Source of the DNA: Planctomycetota bacterium
GTDB taxonomy: Bacteria; Planctomycetota; Phycisphaerae; WQYP01
NCBI GenBank assembly: GCA_021818445.1
Contig: JAKAEB010000001.1
Span: forward strand, 16,664-80,663
DNA: 64,000 bases
Direction of reading: 5' to 3'
Below, piece by piece: positions 49,809-60,808 of the stretch. The position numbers and the translations under genes are program-made. The stretch's first letter is position 1. Every line of letters begins with the position of its first letter. Under the pieces are notes generated by a model that was not told the DNA's origin, did not search any database, and was given only the letters and a program-made list of their open reading frames with translations.

Positions 49809-50084
49809 TTATCCTTTAACGCTGTAGGCTTCCTGAATTCTTCGGGCTTTATCCCCGGCCGAATCGGTCAAAATATGAAGTGCAGCTTGCAAACGGTCCT
49901 TTCGCTCGTCGGCATGGGGACCGCAGAGCGCCTCGGCCCGCGATAGCCGATCGAGCATTGCGGCGATATCCAGTGTCGCCGCCCGCGCCTTGAGAAAATA
50001 CAGGTCCAAAACCTGACCGCCGCTCCGGTGCACAGTTGTACTCTCGGGGGCATTCGTTGAAACATCGAAATTCTTATTCATCAT
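49809..50084 (-). CDS. Hypothetical protein (operonic with TatD-like gene)
   Basis: 91 aa from MMNKNF...; stop lies 2 nt from the downstream gene start. The longer track ORF would overlap DUF2905 on the other strand. Confidence 0.3.
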   Translation of the reverse strand: MMNKNFDVSTNAPESTTVHRSGGQVLDLYFLKARAATLDIAAMLDRLSRAEALCGPHADERKDRLQAALHILTDSAGDKARRIQEAYSVKG

Positions 50085-50141
50085 CAGCTCCGCATCGGTC
50101 AGGCGTTGGTTGAGCACTGCAACCGGACTATACTCTAGTAT

Positions 50142-50363
50142 ATGTTTGATTTGCCGAAATGGCTTTTCATCGCCGGTGTATTTTTGATCGCCTGCGCCGG
50201 TATAACGTGGCTGGCCATGCGACTGGGCTTTCATGGATTGCCCGGCGATATCGTTTATCGGGGTAGGCGGTTTAGTGTTTTCTTTCCCGTTGTGACTTGT
50301 CTGGTGCTCTCGGTGGCGGGATCGCTTATTTTATGGATCATCAATTGGTGGATGCATCGATGA
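50142..50363 (+). CDS. DUF2905 small membrane protein
   Basis: 73 aa, two TM helices. LPGDIVYRGRRFSVFFPVVT matches the DUF2905 core. Confidence 0.6.
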   Translation: MFDLPKWLFIAGVFLIACAGITWLAMRLGFHGLPGDIVYRGRRFSVFFPVVTCLVLSVAGSLILWIINWWMHR

Positions 50364-50848
50364 CCGACGAGCATACCGCATCGCCCGCCCTTACCGGCCC
50401 CGAAGCGCTGGCCGCACTTGAAGAGATTTACCTTCGTCTTGACACGATAGTGACCGGGCATAATCCCCGTTGCGACGCCAGCGGTCGATGCTGCCGATTT
50501 GATGCCTATGGCCATCAGCTTTTTGTCAGCACGCTGGAGATGGAATACTTCGCCCATCGAATGGGCCTGACCGCTACCAGGGTCGATGATACCGACGCAA
50601 GCGAGGCCCGGCGGATTGCCTTGCCGCAGTTACCGGCGGATGGCTGTCCCTGGCAAGTTAACGGCTTGTGCACGGCGCGGGAGGCGCGACCGCTGGGCTG
50701 TCGAATTTACTTTTGTGATCCGGCCCACCAGGACTGGCAGCCCGAAATTTATGAAAAATTTCACCGCGAGATTCTGCAACTTCACGCCCGCTTTGCCCTG
50801 CCGTATCGCTACATGGAGTGGCGTAAAGCCTTGACTTTTTACCAATGA
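50360..50848 (+). CDS. YkgJ-family cysteine-cluster (putative Zn/Fe-chelating) protein
   Basis: CDASGRCCRF ... CPWQVNGLCTAREARPLGCRIYFCD Cys clusters. Start at MTDEHT overlaps the upstream stop. Confidence 0.5.
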   Translation: MTDEHTASPALTGPEALAALEEIYLRLDTIVTGHNPRCDASGRCCRFDAYGHQLFVSTLEMEYFAHRMGLTATRVDDTDASEARRIALPQLPADGCPWQVNGLCTAREARPLGCRIYFCDPAHQDWQPEIYEKFHREILQLHARFALPYRYMEWRKALTFYQ

Positions 50849-51183
50849 TGGGAGATTCCATGCCTGAAAATAAATCTCGTATCAGTCAACTTGAGCAAAT
50901 GCATCAACAGGACCCACATGATGCATTTGTTCACTATGCCTTGGCAATGGAGCTTTCACGCCTCGGCAGGCCATCGGATGCCGTGGCGGTTTTCAACGCC
51001 GTCATGACGGAACATCCCGACTACGCAGCAGCCTATTTTATGTGCGGCCGCACTTTGGAACAAATGGACAGGCTTGACGAGGCCCGCGACATGTATCGGG
51101 CCGGTATCAGCGCCGCTCGCCGAGGTGGGGATGCGCACGCGGCTGGCGAAATGCAGGCCGCGCTCGATGCGATTACCGCATAA
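50845..51183 (+). CDS. Small TPR-repeat protein
   Basis: Two or three TPR-like helical hairpins: AFVHYALAMELSRLGRPSDAVAVFNAVMTEHPDYAAAYFMCGRTL. Confidence 0.5.
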   Translation: MMGDSMPENKSRISQLEQMHQQDPHDAFVHYALAMELSRLGRPSDAVAVFNAVMTEHPDYAAAYFMCGRTLEQMDRLDEARDMYRAGISAARRGGDAHAAGEMQAALDAITA

Positions 51184-51307
51184 AAGTGTTCTTACCGGGG
51201 CTTTTACTTGGTTGCCTTACCATGGGCCTCGACTGCTGATCACGCGGCCAGACATCGCCATATTTCAGCCGCCATGTTTCGTCACCAAACCGGCGGCACC
51301 GTCGCCA

Positions 51308-52624
51308 TCACCATTCGCGGTGAAGAATATTACCAGGGTAATACATTTGCAGGATGTAGCGGGCGCTGTATCCCTCGGTCGCCAGCTTTTCTGCGCCCCA
51401 TTGTGAAAGCCCGATACCGTGCCCAAATCCGCGACCATCAACCAATAATATCTCCGATGGCCGCGCGACAATGTGGAAGAAGCTGCTCGGTGGGGCGTGG
51501 ATGGCCGGATTGGGATCCATTAATAACGCCAGGCGAAATTCCTCAGCCCGCAATTTGCCAATATGACCAGCCGCATCCGTAACGGTAATGATCTCCGGCC
51601 GCCCTGTAATTGGGTTGCTGCGCGTGACGGCGATATCGGTAATCGACCCCAAGTCCGCCAGATAGGGCAGCTTATTCTTCACTCCCCACCAGCGCACCGC
51701 ATCGGTTACCGCCCACATGGGGATGGCCATGGTCGGCCAGTGAAATTCCGGACATGCAGCATCCAATTTACCCGTATATTTATTGACCAGAGTGCTTACG
51801 CGGTGGTCACCCCATGCAGCATGGGCGCTCTCCTCGGCACCGCCATTACAGGCGGAAAAATAAGCGCAAAAGACACCCCATTGATGATGGGCCTCACCTT
51901 CCATCACCAACCCGGCCGTCTGCCGGGTTGCTAAACGCGAGTGGGGTGTTTCCGCATCTCGGCCGCCATATACCTGCGATGACTGGGTGCCGGTGACATC
52001 CCATGCGTGCGTTCGACCGAATGTTTCGATCTGATAAAGAGCGTAGGTGCGGGCGGCGATAGCTTGGGCGCGGTAGGCGGCCATAGACCAGTCGGCATAA
52101 AGTTCTTTGGATAAAACACCCGTGAGATAGCTTTCGATTGGTAAGGTGTTAATAGCTACATATTTTCCATCTGCCAAGCGAACATCATAAACCCGTCCCG
52201 CATATAAAGCGGCATTGATGTGGGGGGGCGTGGCCTGCTGGGATGTGATTTTGACCCTGATCCAAGGTTCCGGCATGTGCGCGGGTAAATTTAATACCCC
52301 GGGATACGCCCTGCCCAAAATACTCGGTTTGGGCAGGACCGAAGGTACCGCAGGGTACCCATAGTTCAACGCTTCGGGTGGCCTTGCTGCTGGCGCATGG
52401 GGCGACGGCGGGTTGGGCAATTGCCACGATGTGGAGCTTGCCGGCGCAGCGCACCCGGACAAAAGAAGCACGGTCGCCAGCGCGTTTGCGGCTAGTAACC
52501 TAAGCAACGCGGCCACAGGCTTATTGCCCGCGCCCAGTAACCACTTGAAATTGCCGGTAAGAACTGAACAAACTGGAAATCGGCCCCAACAGGGACCATG
52601 CAACGTCTTCCCTGACTTCCGCAT
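51308..52624 (-). CDS. SpoIID/LytB domain protein (lytic transglycosylase-like amidase enhancer)
   Basis: Conserved YLxGVLxxE...AAYRAQAIAARTYAL...TxxSQVYGG...GxxxxAxYxSxxGG core of the SpoIID/LytB family. Confidence 0.7.
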   Translation of the reverse strand: MRKSGKTLHGPCWGRFPVCSVLTGNFKWLLGAGNKPVAALLRLLAANALATVLLLSGCAAPASSTSWQLPNPPSPHAPAARPPEALNYGYPAVPSVLPKPSILGRAYPGVLNLPAHMPEPWIRVKITSQQATPPHINAALYAGRVYDVRLADGKYVAINTLPIESYLTGVLSKELYADWSMAAYRAQAIAARTYALYQIETFGRTHAWDVTGTQSSQVYGGRDAETPHSRLATRQTAGLVMEGEAHHQWGVFCAYFSACNGGAEESAHAAWGDHRVSTLVNKYTGKLDAACPEFHWPTMAIPMWAVTDAVRWWGVKNKLPYLADLGSITDIAVTRSNPITGRPEIITVTDAAGHIGKLRAEEFRLALLMDPNPAIHAPPSSFFHIVARPSEILLVDGRGFGHGIGLSQWGAEKLATEGYSARYILQMYYPGNILHREW

Positions 52625-52694
52625 GATTCACTCCACGGCACCATCCGTGCGGCCTGTACTAATTTTCCAATTTCACTCAGCACCGCCAGTGACA

Positions 52695-53585
52695 TCAGTC
52701 GACAGTTCTCAGTGAAAGCCCCAGTTCAGCCAAACGGCTTTTTACCTCGTCCAAACTGGTTTCGCCAAAGTTTTTAACACCAAGCAATTCGGCTTCGGTT
52801 CGCGCCGCCAAATCGCCCACGGTTGCAATGCCGAGCCGTTCAAGTGCTCGCGCGGCCCGCAGAGGCAATTGCAATTCGGTGACGGGTTTGGCAAAGGTTT
52901 CCGGAGGGACGCGATCTGCCACCTGCTTGAGAATTTCCTGCTTCTGCATTTCATGGGCTTCATCGGCGGCCTGCCCGAGCCGCAAACCTTTTTTCGTGAG
53001 CATCTGCTTGATTTCGTCGAGGCTGGTTTCACCAAAATTCTTGTAGCTCAGCAGGTCTGCTTCCGTGGTACGCAGCAGATCGCCCAGTGATCGAATGTTC
53101 ATCTTCTTGAGGCAATTGCGAGCGCGGGCGGAAAGTTCAAAATCTGTCACCGAGGTGCTCAGCAGCAGATCACGCGGGGCCAGGCGTCTTTCGGGCTCTT
53201 CCTGCACTTCCATACCGATGGAACCATCCACGTGCTGATAATACATTCGGCCCATCGGGTGGTTGGGGTCGGCCTGCAAGAGACGATGAAGACACTTTTC
53301 GGCTTCATCATACATACCATCATCCTCGTACAGGACCGATAGGTTGATAAGCACATTGGCATAAGTCGGCTGCTTTTCAGCCAGCAATTCATAAAGCTCA
53401 ATGGCACGATCATCGTCGCCTGATAAATCCTGATAGCACGCAAGTTGAAAGGTAATCGCATCATCATCGGGAGATTTGGCATGCGCTTCCTCCAGCAGGT
53501 CCACGGCCTTTTCAAGTTGGCCGATATGCACAAGTTCATGTGCCCGCTGTATTACTTCCGGCTGATTGGTCGTCATGGTGGTCAT
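52695..53585 (-). CDS. TPR + tandem RNA polymerase alpha-subunit C-terminal-domain-like (HhH) protein
   Basis: Two copies of LxxSVxxLELSxRAxNxLxxxGIxTVGDLxxxTEAELLxxKNFGETSLDEIK, the alpha-CTD signature. N-terminal TPR. Confidence 0.6.
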   Translation of the reverse strand: MTTMTTNQPEVIQRAHELVHIGQLEKAVDLLEEAHAKSPDDDAITFQLACYQDLSGDDDRAIELYELLAEKQPTYANVLINLSVLYEDDGMYDEAEKCLHRLLQADPNHPMGRMYYQHVDGSIGMEVQEEPERRLAPRDLLLSTSVTDFELSARARNCLKKMNIRSLGDLLRTTEADLLSYKNFGETSLDEIKQMLTKKGLRLGQAADEAHEMQKQEILKQVADRVPPETFAKPVTELQLPLRAARALERLGIATVGDLAARTEAELLGVKNFGETSLDEVKSRLAELGLSLRTVD

Positions 53586-53712
53586 TTTTTATTTATATCC
53601 TCTTCTGTCTGAAACAAATCGCATCCGCCCGGCACAGCACCGTTCCTAAGGGACGATCGCCGCCAAACTCTGCATTATACTGCCATTGGCCGATGCTTCA
53701 AATTAAGAACCA

Positions 53713-55296
53713 CTATACAAAGCAAATCTTGCGCGCTGCAAACAGACACATTCTTATCAGCATAAGCCCATGCCGGAAGCGCGAAATATTGGTCGATCCG
53801 TACACACGCTGTTTGTAGTGCACAGGAACATCCGTAATTTTCAGATTCAGCCGCGCCGCACCAAACAACAGATCAAAATCGCCAAACGGATCAAAATCTC
53901 CAAAATATGCCCGATTGGCGGCGATTCGATCGTATTCCATGCGTCTGAGGACCTTGGTACCACATAGCGTGTCCCGAATACTCTGGCCCAACAGAAACGA
54001 AAACGCATAGCCAAAGCCTTTGTTGGCGATCATATTTAAAAACTGCATGGCTTCCGATTCCATCGGATAGACCAATCGCGAACCATTGGCAAATTCCGCC
54101 TTGCCGCTCTGGATCAATTCAAAAAACCGGGGCAGTTCCTCGGGAGGAACGGAAATATCGCCATCCAGAATCGCCAGTACGTCACCGGTTGATTCCGCAA
54201 ACCCCAATCGCACCGCGTCACGCTTTCCCTTGCCGGTCTGGCGGTGGACACTCAAAATCATGTCACCTTGGTAATTGGCTACAGCCTCGTTTACCACATC
54301 CCATGTGTTGTCGGTACTGTGTCCTTCCACGAAAATAACTTCCTGCCGATCGGCAAATTTAGGTATTCGCTTAAGCAGGGGGCCAACATTACCCGCCTCA
54401 TTGCGCAGTGGCACCACAATACTCACGGAAGTTTGTAGTTTGGCTGAATTGTCGCTTGCCATGGTCGAACTGGCCCTTGGTGACAATTCAGAATCGTTTG
54501 CACCACCGGCGGCAGGGGTGTTGGTTTCGCCAGCACAAACAGGGGAATTTAAAGGCCGAGCGATGCATATATTCACCAAACATCCATGCCGCAGCAAAGG
54601 TAATGGTGCCGCCCAGCGATTTATAGCATTGCTCACGACCGGCACACCAAATGGCAGGAGAATAGATGGTTGGTGACGGATTATTTGAAAATCATGCTGA
54701 TACAGGAGGTTTTCCAACTCGTTGGGGGGTATCCAGCTTTCTTCCGGTACAGGACATTTAATACCGAGCAATTCCGCCAGTCTGATGAATGGCTGCCATA
54801 CGCGAGAATAGCTGCAAATAATCAGCCGAGTGCGGGCGTGGCACAGAGGTCTGATTTTTACCAGCAGATTATGGATATCATACACCTGCTGAATCACGCC
54901 GGAGAGAATGATGTAGTCGAAGGTTTCATGGGCTTTGAAGTCGTATTCCTCAATCGGACAGGCGTGAAACCGTAATTGCGGGTAACTTTTCGACGCATGC
55001 TCAATTAAATCGGGATTTAGATCAACGCCCACACCCAACTCGGGTGCCAGTGTGCCAAGTAAGAGGCCGTCGCCACAGCCAATATCCAGAATCTTCGCAC
55101 GTGGCAACACTATCTGGCCGATCAACCGATTGATATATCGGTGCAGATAAATATTCCGCCGCCGACTGGCGGCAAGCCTTCGGGCGTTGGCCTGCTCAAA
55201 TGCGAGCAGGCGTTGACGGTGCTCTTCCTCACCGGGCAGTGCTACGGCCTCATCGGCGGTGTCCAGATTCGCCATGCTTGTGCACTTTCCTTGCAA
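53713..55296 (-). CDS. Fused class I SAM-dependent methyltransferase / family-2 glycosyltransferase
   Basis: N-terminal ILDIGCGDGLL SAM motif. C-terminal VSIVVPLRNEAGNV...ILDGD GT2 (DxD) region. Confidence 0.7.
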   Translation of the reverse strand: MQGKCTSMANLDTADEAVALPGEEEHRQRLLAFEQANARRLAASRRRNIYLHRYINRLIGQIVLPRAKILDIGCGDGLLLGTLAPELGVGVDLNPDLIEHASKSYPQLRFHACPIEEYDFKAHETFDYIILSGVIQQVYDIHNLLVKIRPLCHARTRLIICSYSRVWQPFIRLAELLGIKCPVPEESWIPPNELENLLYQHDFQIIRHQPSILLPFGVPVVSNAINRWAAPLPLLRHGCLVNICIARPLNSPVCAGETNTPAAGGANDSELSPRASSTMASDNSAKLQTSVSIVVPLRNEAGNVGPLLKRIPKFADRQEVIFVEGHSTDNTWDVVNEAVANYQGDMILSVHRQTGKGKRDAVRLGFAESTGDVLAILDGDISVPPEELPRFFELIQSGKAEFANGSRLVYPMESEAMQFLNMIANKGFGYAFSFLLGQSIRDTLCGTKVLRRMEYDRIAANRAYFGDFDPFGDFDLLFGAARLNLKITDVPVHYKQRVYGSTNISRFRHGLMLIRMCLFAARKICFV

Positions 55297-55450
55297 TGCC
55301 CGACCGATACAGCCTTAATGCCTGACGCCTGCAATCCAAGGCCTCCTCGCTTTGCGCACGGAACGGTCCGTGTCAAATCGGAGACCCTTTTTCTGATGCC
55401 GGCCAAACCATGCTGCCGCGAACGGCATGACGCCGTCAACGCCCAATCAA

Positions 55451-56992
55451 TTACGTCGCATCCGAGGCCGCCGATTCGGCCGCACTTGCTTCTGTTTTGG
55501 CTGATTCTGCCTGTGGCTTTTCAGCATCAGCGGCTTGTGCGTCCTGCTGGGCCTTGGCTTGCGCTTCTTCGCGCAGGGCTTTGGCCTTGGCGGCTTTTTC
55601 GTCCTGAATCGTCTTCCATTCCTCTTCACTTATCTCACGCACATTGCAAGATTTAATGAGACCATCGAGGATGCTTGCCTGCACGAGTTCGCGGGTAATC
55701 TGATTGATCAAACCTGTCTGACGGGCCCGCTCGGCAAATTTATCAATGTTTTCTCCAGCTTGCTGGCTTAATTCCAGCAGGCGGTCCATGACTTCCTCGC
55801 GGGATACCTGAATATCTTCCTCGTTGCCGACTATCCCGAGGATAATCTCCCGGATGCAATTCAAACGCGCCTGGGGCGCTATGGCCTGCATCAAGGCACT
55901 GGGGTTCGCCTGTATCTGATCCACCGTAACACCCGCCCCCATCATACGTCGGGCCTGACTCTCAAAGAGAGCCTGGCAATGGCGGGTGTAGTATCGGGTG
56001 GGCAGCGGAAAGGTGATGGCATTTTCCAGAGCCTCCATCATCTGCCCGCGGACGGCATCGTCTGACTGCTGCTGCAATCGTTTGGCCATGGCATCACGCA
56101 TCTGCGCGTGCAGGTCTTCAATGTTTTCAAAACCATTGGAAGTAACAAATTCTTCATCAATTTCAGGCAGCACCAGGTGTGAATTGTGAATAATCTCGCC
56201 CTTAAGCGTCAAATCCACATCGCGCGGTATGGCGCTTTCACTTTCCGGCCCGGCCTTGAAGGTGATTTCAATCGGGTTGCCGGTCGCCTTGCCTAATAAA
56301 TATTCATTAAGACCCGGTATCTGTACATCGGACACAAAGCCCCCGTCAAACACCCGTGAGTATTCCATCTTATGCAGCACCGTACCGTCCGCCCGGGTAA
56401 TCTCACCTTTGATGAATGTTTGATCTCCCTGCTCGATCGGGCCGGCCGCCGGCTGCATGATGCCCATGGTCCGACGCAAATGATCCAAAGCCTTGTTGAT
56501 CCGCTCTTCGGTGACTTCAAACTTTGGTCGCAGCAGACTGATTGCCGTCAGATCGGGCAGCGGAACTTCCGGCAATATCTCAATGTCCAACGTGAAGGTG
56601 AGGGGTCCTTCTTTTGGCATGGTCAAATCGTGCGGTTCGTAGGTAGGCTCTCCAAGCATGCGGAAGTTATTCTCTGCAACGACTGCGTCGAGCACTCGCT
56701 TGATCTGATTTTCGAGAAATTCCCGGCGTAAGCCATCACCGAAACGCTTTTCAATGACACGCTGGGGTGCCCGCCCCTTACGGAAACCAGGCAGCACCAC
56801 TTCGCTCCTCATCACTGCCATTGACGAGTTATAAGCATCCTGCCAGACGGATTCGGGCATGCTCACCTTTACTTTACGTTCCACCGACGAAGCAGCATCG
56901 ATACTCACTTCGCACTTTTTGAGTAGTTCGCTGTCTGTCATTGAATTCGGACCGGAGCCAATATTATCTGTCAATTCGTTTTCTACTGCCAT
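55451..56992 (-). CDS. tig: Trigger factor with Lys/Ala/Glu-rich C-terminal extension
   Basis: Ribosome-binding N-domain, FKBP-like PPIase segment (GEITRADGTVL...FDGG) and C-domain. Acidic/Ala-rich tail AQAKAQQDAQAADAEKPQAESAKTEAS. The start may be the internal MTDSELL. Confidence 0.8.
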   Translation of the reverse strand: MAVENELTDNIGSGPNSMTDSELLKKCEVSIDAASSVERKVKVSMPESVWQDAYNSSMAVMRSEVVLPGFRKGRAPQRVIEKRFGDGLRREFLENQIKRVLDAVVAENNFRMLGEPTYEPHDLTMPKEGPLTFTLDIEILPEVPLPDLTAISLLRPKFEVTEERINKALDHLRRTMGIMQPAAGPIEQGDQTFIKGEITRADGTVLHKMEYSRVFDGGFVSDVQIPGLNEYLLGKATGNPIEITFKAGPESESAIPRDVDLTLKGEIIHNSHLVLPEIDEEFVTSNGFENIEDLHAQMRDAMAKRLQQQSDDAVRGQMMEALENAITFPLPTRYYTRHCQALFESQARRMMGAGVTVDQIQANPSALMQAIAPQARLNCIREIILGIVGNEEDIQVSREEVMDRLLELSQQAGENIDKFAERARQTGLINQITRELVQASILDGLIKSCNVREISEEEWKTIQDEKAAKAKALREEAQAKAQQDAQAADAEKPQAESAKTEASAAESAASDAT

Positions 56993-57313
56993 AAAAAGTT
57001 ACCATCCCTTTTTTAGATGCGAAATAGCTGAAACGGGCAATTGGAATGACGAAACGTGAGTGGCGTCGTGTGCCCACTTGCGCTCATCGCGACCTACGCC
57101 GGTCACCGTGCCGTGCCGATACCTCGCGAAATGCGACCGACAAACTGTCGTACCGCAGCACCGTATGTTAATGCGATACGGTTAAACGCACAAGCGGTTG
57201 TTGACGAGACTGCCGTAAGGCTCTAAACTTCAAACCGTTGGCGGGCGGAAGGGGCGAAGTGGTTCGCGCCGCCCGAGAAAGTCCATTGTGATATGAAAAG
57301 GTCGGAGTAATAG

Positions 57314-57394
57314 ATGCCCAAACCGCGCAGAAGACGAAAAATCGGTAGTAAAAAGCGACATGCCAAGTGGAAGGCGCGTCATCACATTCAGTGA
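57314..57394 (+). CDS. 26-aa ultra-basic peptide (candidate tiny ribosomal-type protein)
   Basis: MPKPRRRRKIGSKKRHAKWKARHHIQ. GGTCGGAG upstream. Immediately followed by a strong terminator. Too short to be in the track. Confidence 0.35.
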   Translation: MPKPRRRRKIGSKKRHAKWKARHHIQ

Positions 57395-57444
57395 TCGCTC
57401 GCCGCCTCTCCGTGGCTACACAAAAAAATCAGCTTACCAAACTT

Positions 57445-57490
57445 GGAGTTGGGGTGTCGTCAAAACACCCCAACTCCAGTTTTCTTTTGG
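57445..57490. terminator. Bidirectional rho-independent terminator (13-bp stem)
   Basis: GGAGTTGGGGTGT-cgtcaaa-ACACCCCAACTCC with AGTTTTCTTTTGG on the plus side and AAGTTTGG...ATTTTTTT on the minus side. Sits between the tiny ORF end and the leuA stop. Confidence 0.65.
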
Positions 57491-57514
57491 CGTGAAGGCA
57501 CTCGGCCCCCAACG

Positions 57515-59086
<1,572 letters not shown>

Positions 59087-59102
59087 GGCGCTACTCCATA
59101 GT

Positions 59103-59136
59103 AAAACAAAAAACCCCGCGATTTTGGCTCGCAGGG
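59103..59136 (-). terminator. leu attenuator terminator hairpin + U-tract
   Basis: Minus strand: CCCTGCGA-gccaaaa-TCGCGGGG followed by TTTTTTGTTTT, ~17 nt before the leuA ATG. Confidence 0.55.
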
Positions 59137-59167
59137 TTTCAGGATCAATCAAAAATAATGGAACACC

Positions 59168-59230
59168 CTAAGAGCTTGCCGAAATTACTCGTGTAAGTAG
59201 AAGCAGCAGGCTGATGGTGTTTTGGGTCAT
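59168..59230 (-). CDS. Leucine operon leader peptide (5 consecutive Leu codons)
   Basis: Minus strand atg acc caa aac acc atc agc ctg ctg ctt cta ctt aca cga gta att tcg gca agc tct tag = MTQNTISLLLLLTRVISASS. GAAAGGGAAACG RBS-like upstream. Confidence 0.5.
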   Translation of the reverse strand: MTQNTISLLLLLTRVISASS

Positions 59231-59762
59231 CGTTTCCCTTTCAACTGGTAATAATGGTAATGCCAAGGGGTAAAATGTCAAATCCCAGTCGGCAGCGGGG
59301 CGGTTTCACACAAAGCACGCCGTTGTCTATTGCGGCCCATCCGCCACCCGCCAAAGCGCCTACCACCCCCAACCCGGTGGTCATATGACATTCGTGGCAA
59401 TGCTGCCCACATATATGATTCTGGGCTGGCCCGTAAGCGCTCATTTACCGAAGCCTCAGCCAATGCCAATATCTTTGCGAGCGTAGCGCTCCCCGCTATG
59501 TAAATGGTTTCTTATTAATCGCGGAGGCCATAGCATTGACACTGCTGAGAATATTCGAACTGGCTATGCCTCGATTTTCCGCGGGGCAACCCCGGCGCTG
59601 CATACTTTGGCGGAATGATGCGGTCTTTGGCGAGGTAATGGACGGATTTTGGCCGCATCGGGGGGCTTCGGTCATCAGAGATTCGTGGGCGGAAAACTGC
59701 ATGACCCACACCTGCGGCAATTTCGTCTTGACTTGCCCCCTTGTCGGTTTATCATCCGCAGT

Positions 59763-60023
59763 ATGAGAAAGTTTTCATCATTACTGGTTTTGACTTTTCT
59801 GGCGGCCTTGTTCCTCAGTACTGCCACCACATTTGGTCAGTTGGAAGAGGCACATAAGCTAAGCCCCGTCATTCCGAAGTTAAGTTCGCAGGCCCGGCCC
59901 AGCTTGGTGCCCATCTACGCGATTGCGGTCATTGCGTTTCTCGGGGTGACCGCCGTGCTGGCCCGCAGTGCCCATCGTGGTGCAAGGCGTGGCGGGCGAG
60001 ATGAGACGGTGCAGGTGGTTTAA
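59763..60023 (+). CDS. Small secreted/membrane-anchored hypothetical protein
   Basis: MRKFSSLLVLTFLAALFLSTATTFG signal peptide. C-terminal hydrophobic helix and Arg cluster (ARSAHRGARRGGRDE). Confidence 0.35.
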   Translation: MRKFSSLLVLTFLAALFLSTATTFGQLEEAHKLSPVIPKLSSQARPSLVPIYAIAVIAFLGVTAVLARSAHRGARRGGRDETVQVV

Positions 60024-60091
60024 TGGGGCATCGGGCGTGGTCCGATCGCCAATAACAAACAGGATTCTTTCCCTTACGCGGAGGCTTCATC

Positions 60092-60394
60092 ATGAAGGCA
60101 AAATCGTGGCTTATCGTGGGCTTGGGTCTGGTCAACGCGGTGCTGATTGGCGGCTTGATTGGTCGAAGTCAATTAGGCCTTTCCAAGGCGCAGGCGGCTG
60201 TCAATTTGCAAGGTGTGCGACCACTGACGGTTTCAGGGCGTTCCGGTAACGCCATGATCCTCTGGTTCTACAACGTAGATAATGGCCTGCTCACGGCGGT
60301 AGAAACACCGGGTAACGATCCGCAAATGGGCCGTTTTGCGTTCACGCGCAGTGTTAAGCTGGACATCCGGCGCGTAAAATCTCATCTGCATTGA
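60092..60394 (+). CDS. Small secreted hypothetical protein, paralog 1
   Basis: Signal peptide. Shares a Gxxx(I/V)LxxxxVDxx(N/D)GLL core with the next ORF. Confidence 0.4.
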   Translation: MKAKSWLIVGLGLVNAVLIGGLIGRSQLGLSKAQAAVNLQGVRPLTVSGRSGNAMILWFYNVDNGLLTAVETPGNDPQMGRFAFTRSVKLDIRRVKSHLH

Positions 60395-60466
60395 TCAACC
60401 AAACCGTAGCGGTCGCATGCCCAACGGCAGCGACCATCAGACCGACATTGGCTTGAAAGGAATAAC

Positions 60467-60754
60467 ATGAAAAACTCCAATCTTCTCATAGCGTTATTAA
60501 CCACCACGGCCGTCATCCTGGCCTGCCTCCTGGCACTCGGCGGCGCACCTAAGGCATCGCGGGCGGACGTGCTGGCGTCATCAACTGATTTTCAGTTGTT
60601 GACTTCATCATCCATGGCCGGCGAACCGGACGTGCTCAATATTGTTGACTGCCGGGACGGATTGCTGTTGATGTACAAGTTGCAGGGGCGGCATATTCAC
60701 CTTATCAACGCGTTTAATCTGAATCCGAATCTGCATATGCCGCACCGGCCATGA
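60467..60754 (+). CDS. Small secreted hypothetical protein, paralog 2
   Basis: Signal peptide. GEPDVLNIVDCRDGLLLMYKLQG parallels GNAMILWFYNVDNGLLTAVETPG in the preceding ORF. Confidence 0.4.
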   Translation: MKNSNLLIALLTTTAVILACLLALGGAPKASRADVLASSTDFQLLTSSSMAGEPDVLNIVDCRDGLLLMYKLQGRHIHLINAFNLNPNLHMPHRP

Positions 60755-60808
60755 TGGCACGCTGCGCGGAATCTATGGCTTACATACTGGAAAAGGGGAT
60801 CGCGGACA

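Noticed and set aside
50330-50365. Apparent one-base inconsistency when hand-translating the DUF2905 / YkgJ-like junction
   Set aside because: My manual read of the printed sequence around 50339..50345 disagrees by one base with both track translations (WIINWW / MDHQLV). Downstream coordinates re-synchronise, so I trust the track rather than infer a frameshift or pseudogene.
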